Assembly (NCBI GenBank): GCA_026397755.1
Contig: JAPLUF010000290.1
Location: 1-46,947 of the forward strand
DNA from: Verrucomicrobiota bacterium
GTDB taxonomy: Bacteria; Verrucomicrobiota; Verrucomicrobiia; Limisphaerales; UBA9464
Length of the DNA stretch: 46,947 nucleotides
Reading direction: 5' to 3'
Position 1 is the stretch's first letter, and the number at the start of each line of letters is the position of its first letter. The position numbers and the translations under genes are program-made. A model generated the notes under the pieces. It saw only the letters and a program-made list of their open reading frames with translations, was not told the origin of the DNA and made no database searches. Shown piece after piece: positions 9,487 to 18,451 of this stretch.

Positions 9487-10364
9487 GGTTGGGGCGTCTT
9501 GGCCGGAGTGGCGGAACGCCCCGTCTTGAAGGCGGCGCTGTCGAGGTGATCGGCCAGCGAGGCCATTTGGTCCTCATCCAAAATACCCCCCTGCTTGAGG
9601 TCGAAGGCGGGCATCAAGCTGTTGAGCTTGCCATTGCGGATCCACTGCATCCAGAAGGCCCGGTCGGTGGGGTGCTTTAGCTCCCGCAGCGTGGGCACCA
9701 TGGTGGCCTTGTTCTCGGCGTCATGGCAGATCCCGCAGGCGGTGGCGTAGAGCTCAGCGCCCCGCTTGCCCACGGTAGGGGCCACGTGGCAGGAGGCACA
9801 CTCGCCCCGGAAGACCGCCTGTCGGTCCGCGGCAGCCACGGCCAAATTGCGTTGCCGATCAGCCGACCGCATGCGACCCGGATCTGCCGGGGCGATGTGA
9901 ACCTTCACGTTCAAGAGAATGGATCCCACATCGGTCGAGACCGTCACCGTCTTCACGATGGTTCCCACTTTGCCCTGCAAATTCATGGTGCCTGAGATCT
10001 CGCCGCCCTTGCCGGGCTGGATGAGCCACGGTGTCTCGGGCAAACGAGCTACGGTGCAACCGCAGCTGGTCTTGGTGCCGGTGATGGTGACGGCGTTGGT
10101 CCAGGCATTGGTCAGGGCAAAACGAAAATCGACGGATTGCTCGCCATCCTTGGCATGGATCTCCCGGGTCTGGGTATCCCAGGCGAGGGCCTGAGGGTAT
10201 TGGATCCGTGCCGTCGCGGGAACCGTGTCACCCGGAGCCGGCAATGCCCGTTGGAAAGCGTTAATCTCCAGACCTCTGGGTTGTGTTGGTGCTTGCGCCG
10301 CCAACCCTAGGGTCAATAGGGCTGCCAGTGGCAACCACCCCCATCGGAAGCATCCTGAACTCAT
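9483..10364 (-). CDS. Exported DUF1573 (Ig-like) domain protein fused to a c-type cytochrome region with two CxxCH motifs
   Basis: Signal peptide (WLPLAALLTLGLAAQ); F..TN.....I....TSCGCT typical of DUF1573; CASCH and CGICH; distal Met in SLMPAF; start taken at ATG 10364. Confidence 0.75.
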   Translation of the reverse strand: MSSGCFRWGWLPLAALLTLGLAAQAPTQPRGLEINAFQRALPAPGDTVPATARIQYPQALAWDTQTREIHAKDGEQSVDFRFALTNAWTNAVTITGTKTSCGCTVARLPETPWLIQPGKGGEISGTMNLQGKVGTIVKTVTVSTDVGSILLNVKVHIAPADPGRMRSADRQRNLAVAAADRQAVFRGECASCHVAPTVGKRGAELYATACGICHDAENKATMVPTLRELKHPTDRAFWMQWIRNGKLNSLMPAFDLKQGGILDEDQMASLADHLDSAAFKTGRSATPAKTPQP

Positions 10365-10462
10365 GATGGAGGCAATAGCAGATTGTCCCGCGAGGGCCAG
10401 CCTGTTTTGACGGAGTGGCCCTGAAGGTCGGATTGGGGTGGCACAGAAGACCAAGGAGACGT

Positions 10463-11611
10463 ATGCAACGGGCCGTAACAATGGGTGAGACTTCCTTCCA
10501 ATGGCTTAAGACGGGCGACGAGGCCTTTTCGGCCCTCATTGCTGCGATTGAAGGGGCGCGTAAATCCGTTTGCCTAGAGACCTACATTTACGCGGTCGGC
10601 AACCCGGGCGAAGCCGTTCGGAGCGCTCTAATCCGGGCGGCGCAGCGAGGTGTGCCTGTTCGCGTGCTCATTGATGGGTTGGGATCGTCGTCGCTCGACG
10701 AGGAGTTCTTCGACCCGCTCCGGGCTTCTGGTGGCGAAGTGCGGGTCTTCAATCCACTGACCCTGCGTCGGTTGCCCGTCCGCAGTCACCGCAAGCTGCT
10801 GGTCATCGATCAAACCTTGGCCATCACCGGAGGGTTTAACGTGGCTCCGGAATACCTGGGTGATGGCATTCATTCCGGATGGCGGGACATCGGCATCCGC
10901 CTCACCGGTCCGGTGGTCGAGACGCTGGACGATAGTTTTGAAACCATGTGGGAGCGGGCGGACCAGCGCCCTCTTCGCTTTCCGCGCTTGCGTCGTCGCA
11001 ACCCGGTGGACTCCCGATCGAGCGCGTCGGATGGCATTCGGGTGCTGCCTAGCGGGCCGGGTCGGGGTCGGAACGCCTTCTTGGCCGAGTTTCTTGAATG
11101 CCTCGAGGAGGCGCGCGACGTCCGCATCGCGGTGGCTTACTTTCTGCCGGGATTGGCCCTGCGTGCCGCTCTCCGTCGGGTGGCCGCTCGAGGTGGGAGG
11201 GTTCGGATCTTAGTGCCGGGGAAATCCGATGTGGCCATCTCGCTTCGCGCGGGGCGCTTTCTCTACGGCCGAATGCTGCGCTCCGGGGTGGAAATCCGCG
11301 AATACACTCCCCAGGTTCTGCACGCTAAACTTTACCGAGTGGACGATTCGGTCTTTGTTGGTTCGTCCAACCTCGATACGCGCAGTCTGCACATCAACCA
11401 CGAGTTAATGGTGCGCATCCAGCATCCGCAGGCCGCCGCGGACACAGCCGCCTGGTTTGATGCAACCGAAGCGATGGCTGCGCCGGTGGATGTAATGACT
11501 TGGTCCCGGTCGCGGTCTTGGTGGGAACGACTCCGTGAGCGCTGGAGCTTTCTGGTGCTCTCACGGATTGATCCCTACGTGACTCGCTGGCTCGCCGACG
11601 ATCCTCGCTGA
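10463..11611 (+). CDS. Phospholipase D-family cardiolipin synthase (ClsB-like)
   Basis: Two HKD motifs (HRKLLVID....GGFN and HAKLYRVD....GSSNLD.RS); AAGGAG RBS before ATG 10463 (alternative ATG 10481). Confidence 0.88.
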   Translation: MQRAVTMGETSFQWLKTGDEAFSALIAAIEGARKSVCLETYIYAVGNPGEAVRSALIRAAQRGVPVRVLIDGLGSSSLDEEFFDPLRASGGEVRVFNPLTLRRLPVRSHRKLLVIDQTLAITGGFNVAPEYLGDGIHSGWRDIGIRLTGPVVETLDDSFETMWERADQRPLRFPRLRRRNPVDSRSSASDGIRVLPSGPGRGRNAFLAEFLECLEEARDVRIAVAYFLPGLALRAALRRVAARGGRVRILVPGKSDVAISLRAGRFLYGRMLRSGVEIREYTPQVLHAKLYRVDDSVFVGSSNLDTRSLHINHELMVRIQHPQAAADTAAWFDATEAMAAPVDVMTWSRSRSWWERLRERWSFLVLSRIDPYVTRWLADDPR

Positions 11612-11624
11612 GAGCCTGCCGGGA

Positions 11625-12524
11625 TCAAACGGCCTCTTGCAGCGCGCGGATTCGGTCGTCGAGAGGCGGGTGCGAGGAGAACCAGTTGCCGTAATTGTGA
11701 CTGATCTTGAAAGCCGCCAACGATGCGGACCGATCATCAAGCACTCCGCCGCCTTCATGGATCGTTTTGAGGCGTTGCAGCGCACCCACCATGGCATCTC
11801 GGCTTTCGAGACGAGCAGCCATTGCGTCCGCGGCAAACTCGCGCCGGCGGCTGTAGGCCATGACCACCAGAGAAGCCAAAAGACCCAGGAATATTTGTGC
11901 TACCAGAGAGCCGATAAAGAACCCCATACCCGTGCCCGAGGAGCGTTCTTGGTCATCGCGTCGGTTGCCTTGCAGGAAGGAATCGACCAAGAGCCCGATG
12001 ATTCGGGAAAAGAAGATGACGAAGGTATTTAGGACCCCTTGGAGCAGTGACATAGTAACCATGTCCCCGTTGGCGATGTGGGCCACCTCATGGGCCAGTA
12101 CGCCCTCGACCTCCCGTTGGCGCATTTGATGCAGTAGGCCCGAACTGACAGCAACCAGAGCGTTGTTGCGCGAACGGCCGGTCGCAAATGCATTGGCCTC
12201 CGGGCTGTCATAGATGCCCACGTCTGGCATGGGGATCCCTGCCTTTTCGGTTTGCTCACGGACTGTCTGGATAAGCCACTCTTCAGTGCTGTTGCCTGGG
12301 GTCTTGATGAGCTCGATAGAATAGGCGCGGATGGCCATCCACTTGGAGATCAGGAGCGAAAACAGGCTGCCGGAGAAACCGATGACCAGCGACATCACCA
12401 GGAGTCCTGTGTAGCTCACCCCATGGGCACCAATCCACCGGTCGAGGCCCAGGGCCCGGACCACGATGGAGATGACCACGAGGACCGCGATGTTCGTCAG
12501 CGCAAAGAGCGCGATGCGTTTCAT
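11625..12524 (-). CDS. htpX: Zinc metalloprotease HtpX (M48)
   Basis: MKRIALFALTNIAV N-terminus, ANAFATG, HEVAH (HExxH), NGDMVTM.LLQG..NTFV.F, SRRREFAAD, SHPPLDDRI. Confidence 0.95.
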   Translation of the reverse strand: MKRIALFALTNIAVLVVISIVVRALGLDRWIGAHGVSYTGLLVMSLVIGFSGSLFSLLISKWMAIRAYSIELIKTPGNSTEEWLIQTVREQTEKAGIPMPDVGIYDSPEANAFATGRSRNNALVAVSSGLLHQMRQREVEGVLAHEVAHIANGDMVTMSLLQGVLNTFVIFFSRIIGLLVDSFLQGNRRDDQERSSGTGMGFFIGSLVAQIFLGLLASLVVMAYSRRREFAADAMAARLESRDAMVGALQRLKTIHEGGGVLDDRSASLAAFKISHNYGNWFSSHPPLDDRIRALQEAV

Positions 12525-12725
12525 GAGGTTTGGATGGATGGGTCGCGCTCACGGCGACCACTCAGAAACAAATAGGAGGTCTCCGCCGGTCCTGCAACTA
12601 GGAGAAGGTGCCTGGTTTCCAAATCCGCCCGGGAGCCGTTCCCAGAAGTCGGGCCCACAATTGAATCTCGGGAAAGATTGCCAACGGCCGGCCGCTCCCG
12701 TAACCAATTGGTTCCGTCCTCAACT

Positions 12726-12899
12726 ATGCCCCTGTTTGGCAAACCGAAGAATCCTGAAGAACACCGGTACTATCTCTTGCCTGGTCAAGGGCGAGGTGCC
12801 CGGAAGAAGCACTTCCAGCAGTTGTTTGCGGCCATCATCGTCGGCTGCGTCTTTTCGGCGATCCTCGGGTTGCTGCTCTGGCAATTGAACCGGCGCTGA
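12726..12899 (+). CDS. Small (57 aa) protein with a single C-terminal transmembrane helix
   Basis: ATG at 12726; basic N-terminus (EEHRYYLLPGQGRGARKKH), then hydrophobic LFAAIIVGCVFSAILGLLLW and a terminal RR; fills the gap between htpX and the DHH gene. Confidence 0.6.
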   Translation: MPLFGKPKNPEEHRYYLLPGQGRGARKKHFQQLFAAIIVGCVFSAILGLLLWQLNRR

Positions 12900-13004
12900 G
12901 AGCCGGCAGGCTCTACGTCGATCGCTGGTCTCAACGAAGAAACCGAGACCGGTCGAAGTTCTCGTCGAGCCCGTCACTCCCGGCAGCAGCAACTCCTCCG
13001 CGCT

Positions 13005-13946
13005 TCAGCGTTTCATTTGTTCCCAACGCTGCATGAGGTCTTCCATCCCGTTGAGGGACGCAGCCGGCAGTGTTGGATTGAGCCGCTGGCGAATGTACTC
13101 CGCGGCCGCTTCATGATCGTTCACCGACCGAGGGAGTGTCGTGCCTGACGCGTTGGGGTGCCCGCCGCCATCGAGCCGGGTTGCCACCTTCAGCGCCTCG
13201 CCATTGCGACTGCGGAAGCTAACGATGAAGGCCCCGTTGCCTTTCTTGAAGAGCGTGGCCAGCACGGGATGCGGGGTGACACTGCGCTCCAACAGTTGGT
13301 GAACGATGACATTGGTGTTGCCCACCACTGGACGGACTAATCCGACCTCCGGGCACAGCGCCTCGACGTGGTCCTTAGCCCACGCGAAGCCGATGGGGTC
13401 TTCCACCTTGCGTTTGATACGCATCACTTCGAGGAGCGGGTGGTCGAGCAGCCCTTCGATGCGGCCGCCGATCAGGGAATGCAAGTTCCAGAACCCGTAC
13501 GATTTGACGAGGTTGGCGTAGTCACAGGCCTCGACGAAGTCGGCGTGAGATTCCTGGAAGAGGTCGCCGATGTCGGTCAGTTCGACGATCCGGTCCAGTT
13601 CCGCAGAGGCAATGCCTTCTTTTTGGCAGAGCTCATAGCACAGGCGGCTGGCCGATTTGCTAGGGTCATGGATGAATTGTGCCACAGATGCCTTGGCTTC
13701 CGAGGCATGATGGTCGACCACCAGCCAACTGTTGCGGTCGAGGCGTGCCTCGAAGGTGAAGTCGCTCACCCAGGCGGTGCGTTCAGAGAGTTGGCGGGCC
13801 TTCCAACCTTGATAGTGGTAGGCCTCCAGGGGCACCTCGGATGCAAACATCGCCCGTGCCAAGCGCTGCAGCAACAGGCCCGAGACGAGTCCGTCGAGAT
13901 CACTCTCATGCGTCAAAACCACCTGTGGCTCCACTAGCGTACCCAT
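13005..13946 (-). CDS. DHH/DHHA1-family phosphoesterase (NrnA/oligoribonuclease-like)
   Basis: THESDLDG, VVDHH, SFRS and GGGHPNASG motifs; start at ATG 13946. Confidence 0.85.
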   Translation of the reverse strand: MGTLVEPQVVLTHESDLDGLVSGLLLQRLARAMFASEVPLEAYHYQGWKARQLSERTAWVSDFTFEARLDRNSWLVVDHHASEAKASVAQFIHDPSKSASRLCYELCQKEGIASAELDRIVELTDIGDLFQESHADFVEACDYANLVKSYGFWNLHSLIGGRIEGLLDHPLLEVMRIKRKVEDPIGFAWAKDHVEALCPEVGLVRPVVGNTNVIVHQLLERSVTPHPVLATLFKKGNGAFIVSFRSRNGEALKVATRLDGGGHPNASGTTLPRSVNDHEAAAEYIRQRLNPTLPAASLNGMEDLMQRWEQMKR

Positions 13947-13969
13947 GGGGAGGACGCTAAGATTCCGCC

Positions 13970-13996
13970 TTCGAACAGGAAAGGATCCTGTTCGAA
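13970..13996. promoter_or_regulatory. Perfect 11-bp inverted repeat TTCGAACAGGA-N5-TCCTGTTCGAA (operator or mRNA stem-loop)
   Basis: Arms at 13970-13980 and 13986-13996, about 24 bp upstream of the DHH start; no downstream U-tract on the coding strand. Confidence 0.5.
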
Positions 13997-14049
13997 AAAG
14001 CGGAGCCGCCGATGCGGTATACGCCCCCCCCCGGCGCACCGGATACCAA

Positions 14050-17000
14050 TCACTTTGGACCGCGGGAGAGCTGCTCCAGGTAGTCGAGCACCGAAGCGAG
14101 TTCGCGCACCGTCAGGCCGGCGGCAAGCCCCTCGGGCATGAGCGAACGCTGCTGTTTCTCTCGCTGGGTAATTTGTGAAATAGGGATCGTCTGCTCGATG
14201 GCGGCGATGGTTCGTATCGTGACGGCATCCGCGGCCTCGCGCACCACGAACCCGTCGATCTCAGTCCCGTCCTTGAGCTCGAAGTGATTGGCCACGAACC
14301 CCTGAGCCAGGGTCTTGTTGGGCAGGAGGATCGCCTCGGTCAGCTCGCGCCGTTTGTAGACAGTGGCGATGGTGCCGAGGTAGGGGCCTTTAACCGGTTC
14401 GTCCGCTTTGACTGTGTGGCAGCCGTTGCAGCCAATCTGGCCAAAGAGTTGCCCGCCGCGGGTGGCGTCGCCGGTGATCTTCTGGACCTGCGCTAGGACG
14501 TCGTCGATGGGCAGGTCGCCCACCTTGGCAGCCTTGGCCTCTGCCCGGAACTTGTCCGGGTCGATCTTCAGGCGGCTGATGGTTTCGCGGGCGGTCTTGG
14601 CGATGGTCGGGTCGGCATCGTCGAGGGCAGCCACGAACGCTGCGGCGCGTGATGCGTCACCGATTTGGGCGGCGGCTTTCAGGATTTGCAGGCGGCGTTT
14701 TGGCTGCGACCAACCGGCATCGAGGGACGCATTGGCCGCGGCCCGGGCTTCGGGAGCACCCACTTTGCGCGAGGCCAGACGGAGCACCGCGGTCTCGGCC
14801 AGTGCCGAAGAGGGCCCCTCGGCCTCGGCGGCTACGGCTTCAAACACGCCGTGGACTTGGTCGAGTTTCGGTGCATTTCGGAACGCGTTGGCGGCCTTCT
14901 CGGCGAGGTTGTTCTCGGACTTCGTCGCCTGGACCTTCGGCAAGGCCGTTAGTACGGCGCGCCAGGCGTCGGGGTCCACTGTCTTGACCAGCGCGATGAC
15001 GGCCTGCGCTCGGGCCGCATCGGAGGTCTCGGTCGCGTTGGCAGCCCGCACCAGCAGCGGCACGGCCTTGGCCGGGATTTCTTCAGACTCCGCCAATTGA
15101 GCCGCCACCGCCGGCAGCAAGCTGGGTTCCGAAGCGGCTCGGGTCAGAAGGGTTTCGAGGGCGTCACCCGCCGGAATTCGATGGCGGGATAATTCGCACC
15201 CGATCAACGCCGCCTCACTGGCCTCGGCGTGGTTCAGTTGGGCCTTCAGTGCTGTGGCAATGCGAGCGGTGCCTTCCCACGACTCGGGTTGGTAGTACGG
15301 CCCACGGGTATCCGGGCGAGTACCCCAGGAATCGCCCTTCCATGGTCCTTCCTGAAAATGCAGGCGGCACAGCGCGGTGATCAAGCCAGCGCGGCGGGAT
15401 TCCGATTTCTCGGACGACAGTCGCTGAATCAACGCATCGGCCACACCGGGCTGATGCAGAGACTGCAGCACCCTCAAGGCGGCGGTGCGCACCTCGGGTC
15501 GGGCCGTCGCCAGATCGATCACCTTCAGGCAGGCCTCCACCGCAGACACATCACTCAAGGCCCGCACGACGGCGTGGGCGACGATGGGATCGGGATCGGC
15601 CAAATGGCTCACGAGTGCCGGAGTCGCGGCGGGTCCGACTAAGCGCGAGGCGCTGTTGGCAGCCGTTCGCCGCACCACCGGATTCGCGGAGTTGAGGAGA
15701 CGCTCGAGTAAGTCCGGTGAAATGAGTCCGCGCGGTTGGGCTGAGCCGGCGAGCGCATGCAAAATGGCCGGCGCCAATACCTCATCGCTCATCATGCGGG
15801 GTAGGCGGCTTTTCGATTCCTGCGGAAAGCCCAGGACCATGGCATTCACCGCGGCGACGCGGGAACCCTTGCTGGCAGTGTCATCGGCGGCCACATCGCG
15901 CACGAGCGCCAGCACCGAGTTTCGGTCCACCCGGGCCGCGGCAGTCCGGCGGAGCAGAGACCGTTGGGCTTCGAGCCGGCGGCGGTGGCTGGGGGAGCGG
16001 AGGGCTTCGACGAGTTTCTCTGGCGACAGCGACTCGAAGTTCGGCATTGCCGGCGGGGTGTAACCCTTCGGGCTCACCCGGGCGATGAACCCGACTTCCG
16101 TGCCGACCCAAGTGAAGGAAGCCCCTTTCCAACTGGCGGCATAAACCGCGCTGTTGCCGTCCACATCGAGATCGGTCACGCGGGGTAGTCGGAGGAATTC
16201 TTCCTGGCTAGCAGTCATGGTGGCTCCCTTCGGAGTGAGTCCGTGGTGATAAACCCAGTCGCGTCCCCAATCGGCGGTGAAGGGAGCATTGTTCCAGCGG
16301 GCGGGCAGACCGGGTTCGTCGATCCAGGCGGCCCCGCATCCAGAGCCCCCACCGTAGTCGGCCAGCGGCTGGATGATTTCGTCGCCAAAGTTCTTGAAGA
16401 GGCGCGGGTAACCGTGCTGCGTCCGCCCGCTGAAGTGGTGGAGCCGAATGTCCCAACCGCCTCCGTCATTGGTGTTGTCCCGCGTGAAGCCTTCGAGTTC
16501 CGGACTCAGGGCTACCTCCAAAATATTGCGCGTGCCGTCGGCCCAGGTTTCCAGGCCGCTGCCGTCGGGCCGGAACCGCACCACGCCCCCGCCGCGCAGT
16601 TGTAGACGGGTGCCGTCGGTGCCCACGGCTTCCATGAAGCCAAAGTCGCCGATGGCCGCATACAGCCAACCGTCGATGCCCAGGGTCAGGCCGTTGGATC
16701 CGTGGTCGGCCGGCCGGTCTTTGAAGGTCCAGCCGATGCCGCGGATGAGTGTCTGCTTCTCGTCGGCCACCCCGTCCCCGTCCTTGTCGATGAACACGCT
16801 CACGTCGGGCGGGTGCAGCAAGTAGAGGCGATCATGATCCCAGACGAGTCCGCGCGGCGAATCGACGTCGGCCACGAAGGCCTTCACCTCATCGCCCTGA
16901 CCGTCGCCATTCGTGTCGCGCACGCGCAGGACACGGCCTAGGTGGGGCTTGCGGTCCAGCGAACCGTTGCCGTCACTGGAGACATAGAGTGTTCCGTCGG

Positions 17001-17247
17001 TCGCGGCCGCCACGAACACGGGATAATTCACTGCCGGCGGCGTGGCGAAGATCGTCACCTGAAACTCCGACGGGGCGCTCACGTCCTTCATCAAGCCCTC
17101 GACCTTGCTGGCGGTCACCGCGGGCAAGTGGGTCAATTCCTCCGGCGTCGGTTGCCGATCCTTGGCGGTGAAGGTCTGGGCCCCCAGAGGTGGCAAGGCC
17201 AGACCGAGAGCGGCCAGAAGACTGAGTCGCGAAAGAGGAGAAATCAT
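14050..17247 (-). CDS. PVC-type heme-binding CxxCH protein (putative dehydrogenase beta-propeller + HEAT repeats + C-terminal cytochrome c)
   Basis: Signal peptide; DTNGDGQGD and DKDGDGVAD; NGLTLGIDGWLY; GGVVRFRPDGS.LE...G.RN; Ala/Leu-rich HEAT region; GDATRG..LF...CNGCH...GP.L and SLMPEGL. Confidence 0.88.
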   Translation of the reverse strand: MISPLSRLSLLAALGLALPPLGAQTFTAKDRQPTPEELTHLPAVTASKVEGLMKDVSAPSEFQVTIFATPPAVNYPVFVAAATDGTLYVSSDGNGSLDRKPHLGRVLRVRDTNGDGQGDEVKAFVADVDSPRGLVWDHDRLYLLHPPDVSVFIDKDGDGVADEKQTLIRGIGWTFKDRPADHGSNGLTLGIDGWLYAAIGDFGFMEAVGTDGTRLQLRGGGVVRFRPDGSGLETWADGTRNILEVALSPELEGFTRDNTNDGGGWDIRLHHFSGRTQHGYPRLFKNFGDEIIQPLADYGGGSGCGAAWIDEPGLPARWNNAPFTADWGRDWVYHHGLTPKGATMTASQEEFLRLPRVTDLDVDGNSAVYAASWKGASFTWVGTEVGFIARVSPKGYTPPAMPNFESLSPEKLVEALRSPSHRRRLEAQRSLLRRTAAARVDRNSVLALVRDVAADDTASKGSRVAAVNAMVLGFPQESKSRLPRMMSDEVLAPAILHALAGSAQPRGLISPDLLERLLNSANPVVRRTAANSASRLVGPAATPALVSHLADPDPIVAHAVVRALSDVSAVEACLKVIDLATARPEVRTAALRVLQSLHQPGVADALIQRLSSEKSESRRAGLITALCRLHFQEGPWKGDSWGTRPDTRGPYYQPESWEGTARIATALKAQLNHAEASEAALIGCELSRHRIPAGDALETLLTRAASEPSLLPAVAAQLAESEEIPAKAVPLLVRAANATETSDAARAQAVIALVKTVDPDAWRAVLTALPKVQATKSENNLAEKAANAFRNAPKLDQVHGVFEAVAAEAEGPSSALAETAVLRLASRKVGAPEARAAANASLDAGWSQPKRRLQILKAAAQIGDASRAAAFVAALDDADPTIAKTARETISRLKIDPDKFRAEAKAAKVGDLPIDDVLAQVQKITGDATRGGQLFGQIGCNGCHTVKADEPVKGPYLGTIATVYKRRELTEAILLPNKTLAQGFVANHFELKDGTEIDGFVVREAADAVTIRTIAAIEQTIPISQITQREKQQRSLMPEGLAAGLTVRELASVLDYLEQLSRGPK

Positions 17248-17578
17248 GGCGAGCGGTCATGATGCCGCTTCGCCCTCACCGCTGGCAATGGTCGGCCGCC
17301 TAGGACTGTCGACCTTGTCGGGTTGGAAGTCGCCCTTGGAACTCACCGCCGATTCAAGCGCTGTCACCCATTGACGAATTTCCCCGGGTTTGGGTGCAGC
17401 GAGTCTGAGTGGTTCTGGACGTCCTCCCTCTGCCGATCGCATCCCGGCACTCAGCCGTGTGGAACTGCTCCAACCTCGTTCCCAGCGGATCAATATCCTC
17501 AAAACGGCGGATTAGGTGCCGATTTCAATCTGCAATTCCGAACACCAAAAAATTTATTTGGGGAATATATTCAATTAT

Positions 17579-17606
17579 TTGACAAATCTAAAAAAATCGC
17601 TATGCC
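17579..17606 (+). promoter_or_regulatory. Candidate sigma70-type promoter for the island operon
   Basis: Consensus TTGACA at 17579-17584 with an AT-rich upstream tract; weak -10 (TATGCC) at 16-nt spacing. Confidence 0.35.
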
Positions 17607-17706
17607 TGTGAAGTGGTGTGATTTAACTATATTAGTAATTATTTCAAATCAGAATAAACATTACAATTAGTCACGTTAAAATATAAAATTTACTTTAAAA
17701 CCCATA

Positions 17707-18435
17707 ATGAACCCCACCCCCGTCACCCCACCAACTCTCAACGCCACCAAGACACCCCCCCGATGGATTTCGTGGATTTGGAGTGTGATTTTGGCATTAG
17801 CAATGTCTCCAGCAGCTTTCGCGCAGAATGATGAGTTGAGCATCACTGTTAGCGGCAGACAGCAGTATGGATGCCCGTTGATGATCAAAGTTAAATCCAA
17901 ATGCAACGAGATCGATGCTTATGCAAATCTAAAATTTGACGGTAAGGAAGTGCCCACAGTTGGCGGAACGGGTGAAGTGGTTTTGGACAAAGTTGGATCC
18001 ATCTGGATAGAAGCTAAAAATAGCTGCAAAAGCACACGGCGCCGAATAAATGTGACTGAAATGGTGATGACAACGAGTTTGCCATTTATGGATCCAGAGG
18101 ACGACTCTGAAAATATTAGGCAGATAGCTATTATAAATCTCAAGCTATCCGATTCACCTCAGGGTCAGTTGCTCGAGTGGGAATATACAATTATTCCGTG
18201 GAACCTGCCAGGTAAAGGTTCAAGTTTAGTGACTGGATATTCAACTACGACTTATGCTCTTGGCATGGGCAGAGAAATCAATCAGCCCTCAACGATGACA
18301 CCCACTAAATCGGACAGATGGATCTCTGGACGTAGTTGGACCGGATGGGCACGATGGGCAAATATCGAGTGGAGTACTGTTTGCGGTGAGAATTATCTTA
18401 CAGCTCAGCAACCGTTCATTGGGCGTTTCTTTTAA
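17707..18435 (+). CDS. Hypothetical secreted protein, 242 aa, beta-rich, four Cys
   Basis: Signal peptide WIWSVILALAMSPAAFA|Q with AxA site; long ORF in AT-rich DNA; no recognised family. Confidence 0.75.
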   Translation: MNPTPVTPPTLNATKTPPRWISWIWSVILALAMSPAAFAQNDELSITVSGRQQYGCPLMIKVKSKCNEIDAYANLKFDGKEVPTVGGTGEVVLDKVGSIWIEAKNSCKSTRRRINVTEMVMTTSLPFMDPEDDSENIRQIAIINLKLSDSPQGQLLEWEYTIIPWNLPGKGSSLVTGYSTTTYALGMGREINQPSTMTPTKSDRWISGRSWTGWARWANIEWSTVCGENYLTAQQPFIGRFF

Positions 18436-18451
18436 TTATAGCTTTTAAAAC

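Noticed and set aside
12541-12600. Heat-shock-like promoter (GTTG-N18-CCTATTT) and a 6-bp hairpin in the htpX leader
   Set aside because: Spacing and match are imperfect, RpoH is not expected in this lineage, and a 6-bp GC stem is common by chance
11611-12914. Shared 12-mer AGAGCCTGCCGG after the PLD gene and (inverted) after the microprotein gene
   Set aside because: Only two short copies; not enough to call a REP-like element
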